The translations under genes and the position numbers were made by a program. The notes below the pieces were generated by a model. That model was given only the letters and a program-made list of their open reading frames with translations. It ran no database searches and was not told the DNA's origin. A stretch of DNA of 63,757 nucleotides, counting the filler. It is 8 parts of 8 records of this genome, joined end to end, with 100 filler letters (N's around TTAATTAATTAA, not from the genome) between each part and the next. Parts side by side here need not be neighbours in the genome. Positions count along the whole stretch, not along the records: positions 42,340 to 52,951 come from SRR20825010_2188; positions 53,052 to 60,432 come from SRR20825010_2189; positions 60,533 to 63,757 come from SRR20825010_2193; 5 more parts are not named here. One strand, given 5' to 3'. Below, piece by piece: positions 52,288-62,294 of the stretch (position 1 is its first letter; the number at the start of each line of letters is the position of its first letter).

Positions 52288-52788
52288 ATGAAAAAAATCG
52301 CATTATTTACACTAGCCGCATTTTTTGGATTAACCTGTGTACAAGCACAAGGTGATTTCAAAGCAGGAATCCATGCAGGTCTTCCCATCGGGGATGCTGG
52401 AGACTTATCGACATTTGCAATTGCCGTGGAATTAGGCTACTTGTTCGATGTGTCCGATGAGTTCCAAGCTGGCCCGACTTTGGGCTATTCACATTCTTTC
52501 GGTGACGAAATAGATACTGGTTTTGGAACTATCGATGTTGATGACGTGCAGTTCCTACCCATTGCCGCGGCAGGTCGTTTCAGTGTTTCCGATGAATTCT
52601 CGCTAGGCGCGGACCTTGGCTATGCCCTAGGAATAAGTGATGGCAACGATGGTGGATTTTATTATGCACCAAGAGCCGCATACTCCATAACCGAAATGAT
52701 GGACATTGTGCTAGCTTACAGGGGGGTAGCCCTAGATGGAGGTAGTTGGGACATTATCTCCTTAGGATTGGAGTTTGGCATTGATTAA
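52288..52788 (+). CDS. Small outer-membrane beta-barrel protein
   Basis: Signal peptide, GLPIGD, GADLGYA, GGFYYAP. Confidence 0.8.
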   Translation: MKKIALFTLAAFFGLTCVQAQGDFKAGIHAGLPIGDAGDLSTFAIAVELGYLFDVSDEFQAGPTLGYSHSFGDEIDTGFGTIDVDDVQFLPIAAAGRFSVSDEFSLGADLGYALGISDGNDGGFYYAPRAAYSITEMMDIVLAYRGVALDGGSWDIISLGLEFGID

Positions 52789-52811
52789 AACCCACCTATC
52801 CTTAAAACACT

Positions 52812-52845
52812 ATCCGATGTGCTCCAACAGGTACATCGGATTTTT
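52812..52845 (+). terminator. Intrinsic terminator
   Basis: atccgatgt / acatcggat stem then T-run. Confidence 0.75.
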
Positions 52846-52898
52846 ATTTTTATACAACAATAAACCAAAAAGGTCTTTTGGGATAAGAAAAAGCTTTA

Positions 52899-52906
52899 TA
52901 TATTTG
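52899..52906 (+). promoter_or_regulatory. Bacteroidetes -7 promoter box for the tRNA gene
   Basis: TATATTTG matches TAnnTTTG, with TTTG about 20 nt upstream. Confidence 0.7.
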
Positions 52907-52916
52907 CACCCGCTTA

Positions 52917-52951
52917 GGAGGAATGGCAGAGTGGTCGAATGCGGCAGTCTT
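52917..52951 (+). tRNA. tRNA-Ser 5' part (probably UGA), truncated by contig end
   Basis: GGAGGAATGGCAGAGTGGTCGAATGCGGCAGTCTT acceptor/D-arm; anticodon cut off. Confidence 0.85.
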
Positions 52952-53051
52952 NNNNNNNNNNNNNNNNNNNNNNNNNNNNNNNNNNNNNNNNNNNNTTAAT
53001 TAATTAANNNNNNNNNNNNNNNNNNNNNNNNNNNNNNNNNNNNNNNNNNNN

Positions 53052-53555
53052 TTTTGGTCGCCCGGTCGTTCCGCTTGTATAGAAAATCCAGGCCGGGTCC
53101 ATCTCCGACACATCCACCCTCTCAATCGGAGAATGCGTTGTCAGGGTTTCATATTCATCGTCGCTTACGCAAAAAACCCGTTCAAACCCGCCGACCGTCT
53201 CCAGGGACTCACTGATGCCCTCGATCAGCTTTTCGGTGACAAAGCAGACTTTCACACCCGCATTTTCAATAATAAAGGCGAACTCTTTGGGGTGCAGTTT
53301 AGAGTTCATCGGCACGGCGCAAAGCCCTGCATGCCAGCAGGCGACCAGTATTTCAAGATATTGCGGCGTATTCGTCATGGCCAGGCCGACCCGATCGCCC
53401 TCGCTCAGCGCGAGTTCACCGCGAAAGGCCCCGGCAAGTCCCCGCACACGATCCGCAAACTCGCCATAGCTATGGAGCTGCCGGGTTCCCAGAGAGACAG
53501 CTGGTTTCTCTCCATATATCTTCGCCACGCGCGGCAGGAAATCTGAAATATTCAT
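53052..53555 (-). CDS. AMP-binding acyl-CoA ligase, N-terminal fragment
   Basis: GDRVGL, VPMN, FYTSGTTGRPK. Confidence 0.9.
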
Positions 53556-53626
53556 TACTTACGTCCCTCGTTCTTATCGTTATGTCAGGGCCATATGATC
53601 CGAACGCTCCTCTCCCGCATGGAACG

Positions 53627-55177
53627 CTAGATTGCCCGCTCGCCTTCCGTCCAGAAACTCGCGCGAATATCCTTTTTACGTACTTTTCCAACCGGTGTAC
53701 GCGGCAGGCTTTTCCAGAATTCAACCGATTTCGGCGCTTTAACACTGCCAAGAGTTTTCTTGCAGAGGCTGATAACTTCCTCTTCCTCAAGCGTGCAGCC
53801 GGGTTTCAGCTCAACCACCGCTTTCACGGCCTCACCCCATTTTTCGTCAGGCGCTCCGATCACCGCGCAGTCCTGAACGGAAGGATGGCCCCAGATTACC
53901 TGCTCGATTTCACTGGGATAAACATTGAAGCCACCGGTGATGATCATGTCCTTTTTTCTGTCGACGATGTAGACATAGCCATCCTCATCGACATATCCGA
54001 TATCGCCGGTGTGATGCCAACCGAAGGCGGAGACTTCTTCTGTTGCCTCAGGGTCTTTGTAATAACCCGTCATCACCAGATTACCGCTCACGACTATTTC
54101 CCCGCGTTCCTCTGGCGGCAGGAGATTACCATCCTCATCCATAACCCTGACACGCATCTGCAGCGTTTGACGCCCGCAGCTAGCTAGGCGTTTTTCTTTT
54201 GTATTACTGCCTATTACGAGATGATCTTCAGGCGAAAGATACGTGCAGAACATCGGTGCCTCGGCCTGCCCGAAGGACTGGGTCATGACTGGGCCGAAAA
54301 CAGTCAGGCATTCTTTCAGCTTATCGACAGACATTGGTGCCGCCGCATAGATGAAATGCTCCAGGCTACTGTAGTCATATTTCTGAACATCCGGATAGGA
54401 CAGCAGCATGTAAATCGCTGTGGGGGGCAGGAACAAATGCGTCACCCCTTCGCTCTCGATTGTTTTCGCCACCATTTCCGCGTCAAACTGCGGCAAAATA
54501 ACCTGCGTTCCCCCATTTGCCATGGAAATAATAGCGAGCACACCCGCCGCATGCGACATCGGGGCGACAACAAGATGAACCGGTGCCTTTTTCGCCGGCA
54601 TGGTGGTGTAGAAAGCGGTTATCATGGCATCCCACACCCGGTTGGTCCATAGCACGCCTTTGGGAAGGCCTGTTGTGCCGCCAGATGAAAAGATGGAAGC
54701 GAGCGTATCCTGATCACCCGCGATATCGGGATCAGTGCTTGCCTCTCCGTCAATCCAGTCTTCCAGATAAACACCGCGCCCACCCGCCTTATCAATGCAG
54801 ATGAAATGTTGTATTTTCGGGCAAAGGCTGGCGAACTCTAATACCTTGTCTTCGAAAGAGCTGTGATAGAAAAGGAGTTCCACATCGCAATTGTCGAGAA
54901 TATACGCATTTTCCTTGGTTTCATTCTTGGCGTTAAGCGGCACCCATACGACCCCGGCGCGCAACATCCCGAGGCAGCATTCGAAGGCCGGGACCGCATT
55001 GGAGCTGAAAACAGCACCTTTTGTCTGTGGCTTGACGCCGAGCCGAATGAGTGCATTGGCAATCCTGTAGTTTCGCTCCTGTACCTCGGCATAGCTGCGT
55101 GAAATACTACTGTCTTTCAGGCATGTCCTCTCCGGGTCCAGTGCTACGCCGCGATCGAAATAATCAATTACACGCAC
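53627..55177 (-). CDS. Class I adenylate-forming acyl/aryl-CoA ligase
   Basis: SSGGTTGLPKG, FGQAE, HTGDIG, DRKKDMIITGG, PRTPVGK. Confidence 0.93.
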   Translation of the reverse strand: MRVIDYFDRGVALDPERTCLKDSSISRSYAEVQERNYRIANALIRLGVKPQTKGAVFSSNAVPAFECCLGMLRAGVVWVPLNAKNETKENAYILDNCDVELLFYHSSFEDKVLEFASLCPKIQHFICIDKAGGRGVYLEDWIDGEASTDPDIAGDQDTLASIFSSGGTTGLPKGVLWTNRVWDAMITAFYTTMPAKKAPVHLVVAPMSHAAGVLAIISMANGGTQVILPQFDAEMVAKTIESEGVTHLFLPPTAIYMLLSYPDVQKYDYSSLEHFIYAAAPMSVDKLKECLTVFGPVMTQSFGQAEAPMFCTYLSPEDHLVIGSNTKEKRLASCGRQTLQMRVRVMDEDGNLLPPEERGEIVVSGNLVMTGYYKDPEATEEVSAFGWHHTGDIGYVDEDGYVYIVDRKKDMIITGGFNVYPSEIEQVIWGHPSVQDCAVIGAPDEKWGEAVKAVVELKPGCTLEEEEVISLCKKTLGSVKAPKSVEFWKSLPRTPVGKVRKKDIRASFWTEGERAI

Positions 55178-55198
55178 GAATTTTTCTCCTGTAGCTGA

Positions 55199-56437
55199 TT
55201 AATTCTTCTGCAAAATGGTGATACAGGCTGCAGCTTCCTCATAGCCCAGGAACCCGCCGCCATTTTCTGCAATGGCTGTTTTTGCGCCCTCCACCTGCCG
55301 AGGGCCTGCCTCCCCGCGGAGTTGGGTTACGAGTTCATACACCTGCGCGAGACCGGTTGCGCCGATGGGATGCCCCCGGGATTCCAGCCCGCCGGACGGA
55401 TTAACCGGTATCCGGCCGCCGACTGTCGTATGGCCTTCCGCAGACAAGCGCCCGCCTTCCCCGAAATCACAAAAGCCCAATGCTTCCACCTGAAGGACTT
55501 CGGCGAAAGCCGTCGCGTCATGAACTTCGGCCACATCCATATCTTTTGGCGAAAGTCCCGCTTTCTCATAAGCAGCATTTGCGGCCAGATGCGTGATCTG
55601 CTTGTTAAACTCATCATGCTTCCGGTTTGTGCCCGAGCGTAATACGGATGCTGCGACACGCACTGCCCGCCCCAGTCCAAGCTGCCGCGCCTTTTCTGCT
55701 GAAACCACAATGGCCGCCGCCGCGCCGTCGCTGATCGGGGCGCACATGGCAAGCGTGAGCGGCCAGGCAACCGGACGATCCTGCAGAACCTCCTCCACCG
55801 TCATCTTGTTCTGATATTGCGCCTTTGGATTATGCTGCGAATGCGTATGGTTCTTCGCGCATGCCGCTGCGATTTCAGCCTGTGTGATTCCAAAGCTGTT
55901 CATGTGGTTCCGGGCCAGCGACGCATAGACATCCATAAAGACGCTACGCTGTCCGCCATTGTCTTCCGCTTCTGGCGGGAGCACCATATCCTTCGACATA
56001 TCCTTGAGCCGGGCAATCGATTCTTCCGCCCTATGGACATCCCAGCCGCCGTCAAAGACCGCGAAGGAGCGTGCACGATCCGTTGAGTTCATCTTGTCCG
56101 TCCCGATGGCCAGCGCGATATCGCCCTGCCCCGATTGTACAAAAGCACAGGCTGAGTTGAGGGCAGTGCTGGCGCTGGCGCAGGCATTCTCGATATTGGT
56201 AATCGGGATCCCTTCAAATCCGGCGGAGCGAAGGGCAATCTGCCCCGGCACCAGATACTGCGCCTCAACTGCCGCCTGGGAGGCGTTTGCAAAAAATGCT
56301 GCCTGAATGTCCTCGCGGTCCAGCCCTGCGTCTTCCAGCGCCTCTGCGACGACTTCCGCCGTCATGTCCTTGACGGATCGGTTTAAAAACTTACCGAACT
56401 GAGACATTCCTATACCGATGATATATGCGTCTGGCAT
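55199..56437 (-). CDS. Thiolase family protein (SCP2-thiolase-like)
   Basis: ENACASAS, SDGAAA, EVHDA, GHPIGATG. Confidence 0.9.
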   Translation of the reverse strand: MPDAYIIGIGMSQFGKFLNRSVKDMTAEVVAEALEDAGLDREDIQAAFFANASQAAVEAQYLVPGQIALRSAGFEGIPITNIENACASASTALNSACAFVQSGQGDIALAIGTDKMNSTDRARSFAVFDGGWDVHRAEESIARLKDMSKDMVLPPEAEDNGGQRSVFMDVYASLARNHMNSFGITQAEIAAACAKNHTHSQHNPKAQYQNKMTVEEVLQDRPVAWPLTLAMCAPISDGAAAAIVVSAEKARQLGLGRAVRVAASVLRSGTNRKHDEFNKQITHLAANAAYEKAGLSPKDMDVAEVHDATAFAEVLQVEALGFCDFGEGGRLSAEGHTTVGGRIPVNPSGGLESRGHPIGATGLAQVYELVTQLRGEAGPRQVEGAKTAIAENGGGFLGYEEAAACITILQKN

Positions 56438-56454
56438 TTGTTTAACTCCTGCAA

Positions 56455-57156
56455 TTAGAGGCTTATGAGTCCTTCGATTTTTTCCCGCTCCGCCAAAAGC
56501 TCATCCGTTTTTCCGGACCAGCGGATATGTCCGTTGTCGATCAGATATTGCCGCTGCGCCAGCTTGAGCGGAACTTTCAAATTCTGCTCAACAAGAAGAA
56601 TTGCCACGCCTTCCGCATTGATCAAGGCCATGGCCTTGATAAGATCCTCAACGACGAGAGGCGCGAGGCCTTCCGTTGGTTCATCCAGCAACAACAGCTT
56701 TGGGTTGGTAAGTAATCCGCGACCAACGGCGAGCATCTGCTGCTCTCCGCCGGACAATGTATCGCCGCGCGACGTCATCCGTTCTTTCAGGCGCGGAAAA
56801 AGAGTATACACCCGCGCCAGATCCCAGGCCCCCTTCCGCCCCATCACAGTCGCAATCCGCAAATTTTCGTCCACATCTAATGTCGCAAAAATCCGGCGAT
56901 CTTCAGGCACATAGGCAATGCCCGAACGCCCCAGCATCTCTGTTGTGATTTTGGTTGCGTTGCGACCTTCATACATACGCGTGCCGGACTTTATCGGGTT
57001 CAGGCCCATGATTGCCTTCAACAATGTGCTTTTACCCGCACCGTTCCGACCGATGAGTGAGACAATCTCCCCCTCTTCCACCGTGATTGAGACATCATGT
57101 AACGCCTGCGCCTTGCCGTAGAAAACATCACAATTCTGCATTTCCAGAAGACTCAT
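56455..57156 (-). CDS. HAAT ABC transporter ATPase (LivF-like)
   Basis: GRNGAGKS, LSGGEQQM, LDEPTEGLAP, VEQN. Confidence 0.93.
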   Translation of the reverse strand: MSLLEMQNCDVFYGKAQALHDVSITVEEGEIVSLIGRNGAGKSTLLKAIMGLNPIKSGTRMYEGRNATKITTEMLGRSGIAYVPEDRRIFATLDVDENLRIATVMGRKGAWDLARVYTLFPRLKERMTSRGDTLSGGEQQMLAVGRGLLTNPKLLLLDEPTEGLAPLVVEDLIKAMALINAEGVAILLVEQNLKVPLKLAQRQYLIDNGHIRWSGKTDELLAEREKIEGLISL

Positions 57157-57917
57157 TCTTCCTCTCCCAGATAAGCGGTTCGGACTCGGGGATCGCGCTT
57201 GATCGTCTCAGCTTCGCCGGCCGCCAGTATCTCGCCTGCAAGCATAACAATGATCTCATCAGAGATTTCCATGACCACGTCCATATTATGCTCAATCAGC
57301 AGGACGGTGCGTCCTTGCGATACCTTGCGGATCAGCTCGACGGCCTTTTCCGCAACATCATGTCCAACACCGGCAAGCGGCTCATCCAATAAAAGCACCT
57401 TGGGTTCACTCAACAGCGCCAGGCCAATTTCTAGGGCGCGCTGATCCCCATGGGAGAGGCTTCCGGCATTAACATGGCCGAAGCCTTCCAGACCGATTTC
57501 GGAGAGAACCCGTTCCGCATCGTCCGCAATTTCCTTAAATTTGCCCACCGGGCGCCAGAAAGGCTGCAACCGGAAACGATGCGCCTGCGCGGCAAGCCGC
57601 AGATTTTCAAACACCGTCATTTCGGCAAAAATCTGCGTAATCTGGAAACTCCGGCCGAGGCCTGCCCAGGTCCGGGCGTGGGGTGACTGACCGGTTATTT
57701 CCTCCTCATTGAGAAACACCCGGCCGTTGCTGAGCTGCGCCCGCCCGGAGAGCGCATTCATGAGCGTTGTCTTGCCCGCGCCATTAGGACCGATCAAGCC
57801 GTACAGCAAGCCAGGTTTAAACTGATAGCTGACATTGGTGACGGCCTTGAAGGCGCCATAGGACACCTCGATATCCTCACACCGCAGTACAGGGCTATTT
57901 TCCGCTGCAGTGCTCAT
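57153..57917 (-). CDS. HAAT ABC transporter ATPase (LivG-like)
   Basis: GPNGAGKT, RSFQ, LLDEP, IEHNM, AYLG. Confidence 0.93.
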   Translation of the reverse strand: MSTAAENSPVLRCEDIEVSYGAFKAVTNVSYQFKPGLLYGLIGPNGAGKTTLMNALSGRAQLSNGRVFLNEEEITGQSPHARTWAGLGRSFQITQIFAEMTVFENLRLAAQAHRFRLQPFWRPVGKFKEIADDAERVLSEIGLEGFGHVNAGSLSHGDQRALEIGLALLSEPKVLLLDEPLAGVGHDVAEKAVELIRKVSQGRTVLLIEHNMDVVMEISDEIIVMLAGEILAAGEAETIKRDPRVRTAYLGEEE

Positions 57918-58861
57918 GACTTACCCCCCGGCATGATGCGGTTCCAAAGCTGAATAATCATGCCCGCAATACCTTTTGGCATGGCAATCGTGGAAATGAT
58001 AAATATTAGTCCCAGTATGCCATACCAATGAGATGTCTGGGTCGAGAGCCATTCCCGCATAATCTCGAATATCGCAACGCCAAGAATAGGCCCAAACAAC
58101 GTTCCCATGCCGCCCAGCAGAACCATGATCACAACATCGCCGGATGTCGTCCAATGGAGCATCTGCGGGCCGACATAGAAAATCAGGGAAGCGAGCAAGC
58201 CACCGCTAACGCCTGCATAAATACCGGAGATAGTAAATACCGACCGTTGCAGCCGCTGAACATTAAAACCGATCTGCTCCGCCCTCACTTCGTTGGATTT
58301 AATAGCTTTCAGGGCCTGGCCCAGAGGCGATATCCGGATAAGCCCGGAGATCAGCAACGCAAGAACGAAAAGTGCCAACAGAAAGAAATAATAATTACCG
58401 TCATTATAAAAATCGATCCCGAACAGCTCAGGACGCGGCACACCGGCGATACCATCGACGCCACCGGTCAGCATCCGCAGCTTAGTCCCTGCCATGATGT
58501 AGATAAGCTGAGATAGCGCGAGTGTAAGAAGCGCGAAGAACAACCCCGAAACCCGGATCGCAAAATAGCTGAACACCAGAGCCAAAGCCCCACCAACCAC
58601 GCCCGCAGCCCCAAGCGCCGGGATAAAATCCCAGCCCATGCGCATTGTCAGAAGCGAAAGTGTATAGGCCCCCACCCCGAAGAATGCCGCATGCCCGAAG
58701 GACAGCATCCCGACAACACCGAAGACCAGATCAAAGCCGATAGCAAATATGGACCAGATCAAGATAGCGTTTACAAGGCCAATGCTTTGTCCATCCGGGA
58801 ACATCAAGGGCACAGAAATAATGATGGCGACAACTAGCGCCATTAAACGTTGCGCGTTCAT
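57914..58861 (-). CDS. HAAT ABC permease (LivM-like)
   Basis: LSFGHAAFFGVGAY, TGGVDG, MVLLGGMGTLFGP. Confidence 0.92.
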   Translation of the reverse strand: MNAQRLMALVVAIIISVPLMFPDGQSIGLVNAILIWSIFAIGFDLVFGVVGMLSFGHAAFFGVGAYTLSLLTMRMGWDFIPALGAAGVVGGALALVFSYFAIRVSGLFFALLTLALSQLIYIMAGTKLRMLTGGVDGIAGVPRPELFGIDFYNDGNYYFFLLALFVLALLISGLIRISPLGQALKAIKSNEVRAEQIGFNVQRLQRSVFTISGIYAGVSGGLLASLIFYVGPQMLHWTTSGDVVIMVLLGGMGTLFGPILGVAIFEIMREWLSTQTSHWYGILGLIFIISTIAMPKGIAGMIIQLWNRIMPGGKS

Positions 58862-59715
58862 GCCGTACGCCCCTTGCGACTGAACAGCCCTTCCGGCCGG
58901 AGGATGAGTGTTCCAATCAACAGAATAAAGGTAAGAAAATCGACCCAGCTCGGTGCGTAGCTATAACCGAGCGCCCGCGTCATTCCGATCAACAGTGCCG
59001 CCATAACGGCCCCGCGAATATTGCCAAGGCCACCAATGATCACAACGATGAAGCTGTCGATGATAATGTTAAAGCCCATCCCAAGCTCAATTGGGAACAG
59101 CGGCCCGGCGACGGCACCCCCAAGGGCCGCGAGACCAGCGCCGAAGGAGAAAACCCCGGTACGAACCAACGAAACATTGATGCCAAGGGTTCGCACCATT
59201 TCAGGGTCGCCGCTGGCCGCGCGAATAATCATGCCGTACCGGCTCCGGTCCAGCATAAAAAACAGAGCCGCCGAAACGGCCGCGCCAAAGCCGATGATAA
59301 ACAGGCGGTAACTTGGCACGGAGCTGCCAAACATCTCTATCGCCCCGGAAAACAGCTCCGGCGGATACATCTGTTTATATTCCAGGCCCCAAATGATCCG
59401 GACGGCCTCGTCAAGGACCAGTATGAACCCGAATGTCAGGAGCAATTGATATACATGATCGCGGTTATAAACCGGGCGCAGAGCGATACGCTCCATTAAT
59501 GCGCCAACGACGGCGGCAATTATCGGTGCCGCAATCAATCCCACCCAAAAACTACCGGTGATATTCACCATCTGGAACGCGAGATATGCACCGAGCATAT
59601 AGAGCGAGCCATGGGCAAAGTTGATTACCCGCAGCATGCCAAATATAAGAGTCAAACCCGCCGCCAGCAAAAAAAGCAGCATGCCCATGGACAGGCCTAT
59701 CACGATGGTAGACAT
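58858..59715 (-). CDS. HAAT ABC permease (LivH-like)
   Basis: GLTLIFG...NFAHG, VVIIGGLG, RPEGLF. Confidence 0.92.
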   Translation of the reverse strand: MSTIVIGLSMGMLLFLLAAGLTLIFGMLRVINFAHGSLYMLGAYLAFQMVNITGSFWVGLIAAPIIAAVVGALMERIALRPVYNRDHVYQLLLTFGFILVLDEAVRIIWGLEYKQMYPPELFSGAIEMFGSSVPSYRLFIIGFGAAVSAALFFMLDRSRYGMIIRAASGDPEMVRTLGINVSLVRTGVFSFGAGLAALGGAVAGPLFPIELGMGFNIIIDSFIVVIIGGLGNIRGAVMAALLIGMTRALGYSYAPSWVDFLTFILLIGTLILRPEGLFSRKGRTA

Positions 59716-59746
59716 AACCGGATCACCTAACCTGAGATTAAAATGA

Positions 59747-59775
59747 GGGCGGTCACAGCTCGTTTGCGACCGCCC
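59747..59775. terminator. Intercistronic hairpin after the SBP gene
   Basis: gggcggtc / gaccgccc inverted repeat. Confidence 0.55.
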
Positions 59776-59793
59776 GGATTTTTATAAGCCAGA

Positions 59794-60432
59794 CTATTCT
59801 TCGCAAGCCGGGAAGAGAGCCTCCGGCGGGAAGACATTCGTGATCTTCATTTTCAGATCAGGATAAGGTGCCTCACCTTTTTCGACGACGCCCCAGAGAC
59901 CTACCTGCAGAGCCTGATGATCACAGGCGCGCATTTCTTTTCGGCCTTCCACGGAATTTTCACGGACGCTTCCCTCAAAGGCTTTAACCCATTCTTCCCG
60001 ATCCCAGGAATTGGTGCTGTCTATTTCGTCCAGAAACCAGCTCATACCGTCGAATGCCTCGCCCGCAAAGCTATCCGGCCACTCGTTGTACTTGGCGCGA
60101 TACGCCTCAACAAATGCCTTGTTGGCATCGTTTTCGACGGAATAGTGATAACGGACACCGGATGCCGCGCCGACCGCATCAGGGCCAACCGCCGCCGCAA
60201 GAACCTCATCCTGCAATACAGGGCCGAACAAAGTCTTGGTCTTGCCAAGACCCGCCTGACCTGCCTGTTTCAGGAAAGTCACACCGTCACTGCCTGTGAC
60301 AATAAGAACAACGCCATCGGCATCCGTTTTGGCAATTTTATCAATAATAACCGAATAGTCCCGATTGCCGAGGGGCGGATAATCAATACCCACGATCTCG
60401 ATACCAGCCTCTTCCGCGGCGGCCTTATAGGC
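59794..60432 (-). CDS. HAAT substrate-binding protein, C-terminal part
   Basis: DYSVII, FLKQA, ANKAFVEAY, MRACDHQ; first gene of the ABC operon. Confidence 0.85.
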   Translation of the reverse strand, partial: AYKAAAEEAGIEIVGIDYPPLGNRDYSVIIDKIAKTDADGVVLIVTGSDGVTFLKQAGQAGLGKTKTLFGPVLQDEVLAAAVGPDAVGAASGVRYHYSVENDANKAFVEAYRAKYNEWPDSFAGEAFDGMSWFLDEIDSTNSWDREEWVKAFEGSVRENSVEGRKEMRACDHQALQVGLWGVVEKGEAPYPDLKMKITNVFPPEALFPACEE

Positions 60433-60532
60433 NNNNNNNNNNNNNNNNNNNNNNNNNNNNNNNNNNNNNNNNNNNNTTAATTAATTAANNNNNNNNNNNN
60501 NNNNNNNNNNNNNNNNNNNNNNNNNNNNNNNN

Positions 60533-60917
60533 GGTCAAAAACCTTGCCAACCAGACCGCCAAAGCGACCGAGGATATCGCCCAGCAAATCGGATCGATCC
60601 AGTCTGAAACCCACAATACCGTGGGCGCGATTGAAAAAATCACTGAAACGATTTCCAATATCAATGAAATCACCAGTGCCATCGCGGCCGCAGTCGAACA
60701 GCAGGGTGCCGCAACCGCCGAAATTTCGGGCAATGTGCAACAGGCGGCAGCGGGCACGAACGAGGTATCATCCTCTATCGGGATTGTGCGCAACACGTCC
60801 CAACAAACCGGAGATGCCGCATCCAATGTTCAGGCCGGGGCAACCGAACTTGCCGCACAGGCCCGCAATCTCGACACCCAGGTCAAAAACTTCCTTGACC
60901 GGTTGCGCCATATCTAA
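60533..60917 (+). CDS. Methyl-accepting chemotaxis protein, C-terminal fragment
   Basis: [30 protein letters not shown]. Confidence 0.92.
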
Positions 60918-61032
60918 AGCTTCGGTCCGAATAGTGGACCCTTGCTCCGAAAACCGCTACGTGATTTCAGTCGTTTGTGAATGTCTCGTTTTTAGAGGCA
61001 CAAGACTGCGACTGAAGTCACCACTGCGGGTT

Positions 61033-61278
61033 TCAAATGCCTGCACATCGCCTGTCAGAAATTTCACGGGCTTCCTCGCTGCCGCGACTGTGTTTTACCG
61101 GGTTAAGGTGCCTGAATATGGCTCGCCTCAACATCGCAAAACCCTGGCGAACAACTTTTACCCGCTCAACTCTTGCCTGTTCGCGAATTTGGTGAAGGGA
61201 TTCCTGATCCGCGCCAAAGGCAGAAACCGGATGGCGAGAGACATCCTTGATACGATTGTTAGAAAATTTGCATGACAT
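61033..61278 (-). CDS. Small hypothetical protein divergent from the LysR gene
   Basis: GGAG SD before MSCKF; QARVER helix; typical position opposite a GcvA-like regulator. Confidence 0.5.
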   Translation of the reverse strand: MSCKFSNNRIKDVSRHPVSAFGADQESLHQIREQARVERVKVVRQGFAMLRRAIFRHLNPVKHSRGSEEAREISDRRCAGI

Positions 61279-61373
61279 CTTGTCTTCTCCTTCGCCTTTC
61301 GATGCCATAAATCTAACATTTGAGAAGCATCCATGCTTGCCAGAAAAGCTGCGCCTCTGTTAGTTTTTCTATC

Positions 61374-62267
61374 ATGATAAAGTCAAACGATATTGCGTGG
61401 CTGCCGCTGAATTCCCTTCGGGCTTTCGCCGCAGTTCACGAAACCGGCTCTGTCGGGGCGGCTGCGGAAATGCTGAGCGTGACTCATGGTGCCGTCAGCC
61501 AGCATCTGCGCGGTCTTGAGGACCGATTGCAACGTAAACTGTTTACGCGGTCAGGCAACCGCTTAGTCATGTTGCCCGAAGCAGCCGATCTGGCAGAAAA
61601 TCTGCTTCGGAATTTCAGGGCAATTGCCGGAGACATCGAACAATATCGGCGCGATGAAAATATCCTCAACATCACGGTGACACCGCATTTCGCCCAATAC
61701 TGGCTTCTGCCGCGCCTTGGCGAGTTTCTAAAACGTCACCCGGAAATCGACCTGCGTATCAATGCCGACGCGGCCATGCATGATCTTGAACACGGTAGTT
61801 TCGATGCCGCGGTCCGGCATGGTGATGGCAACTGGCCCGGACTTAACAGCGAACGGCTTCTTGAAAGCAGGGATGTCGTCGTCGCGGCCCCCTCGCTTCT
61901 TGAATCTGTTTCTGTTCAAACGCCCCGGGATCTGGTCGGGCTGCCATGGATACTTGACGAGGACAGGGACATCGAAATGTCGCATTGGTTCGATGATCAT
62001 GGCGTTGCCCATCAGGCGCACACAAGGATCACCCGACTGCCCAGCGCACTGACACTCGTCGCGGCACTAGATGGGCATGGCGTCGCGTGGCTCCCGCATG
62101 TATATGCCGCCCCATATCTGACCAGCGGGCGTCTGATACAATTGCTTGGCGATGACACATGGTCCGAACAGAATACGCGCCACTATTATCTGTGCTGGGC
62201 AAACAGCAAAAACAGCCCGGCTTTCAGGACATTCCGGCAGTGGCTCCGGCAGCAGCTTGCCCGCTAG
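61374..62267 (+). CDS. LysR-family regulator (GcvA-like)
   Basis: PLNSLRAF, AAEMLSVTHGAVSQHLRGLE, WLLPRL, FDAAVRHG. Confidence 0.93.
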   Translation: MIKSNDIAWLPLNSLRAFAAVHETGSVGAAAEMLSVTHGAVSQHLRGLEDRLQRKLFTRSGNRLVMLPEAADLAENLLRNFRAIAGDIEQYRRDENILNITVTPHFAQYWLLPRLGEFLKRHPEIDLRINADAAMHDLEHGSFDAAVRHGDGNWPGLNSERLLESRDVVVAAPSLLESVSVQTPRDLVGLPWILDEDRDIEMSHWFDDHGVAHQAHTRITRLPSALTLVAALDGHGVAWLPHVYAAPYLTSGRLIQLLGDDTWSEQNTRHYYLCWANSKNSPAFRTFRQWLRQQLAR

Positions 62268-62294
62268 GTCTAAACGACTAGGCAAGCTTCAGGA

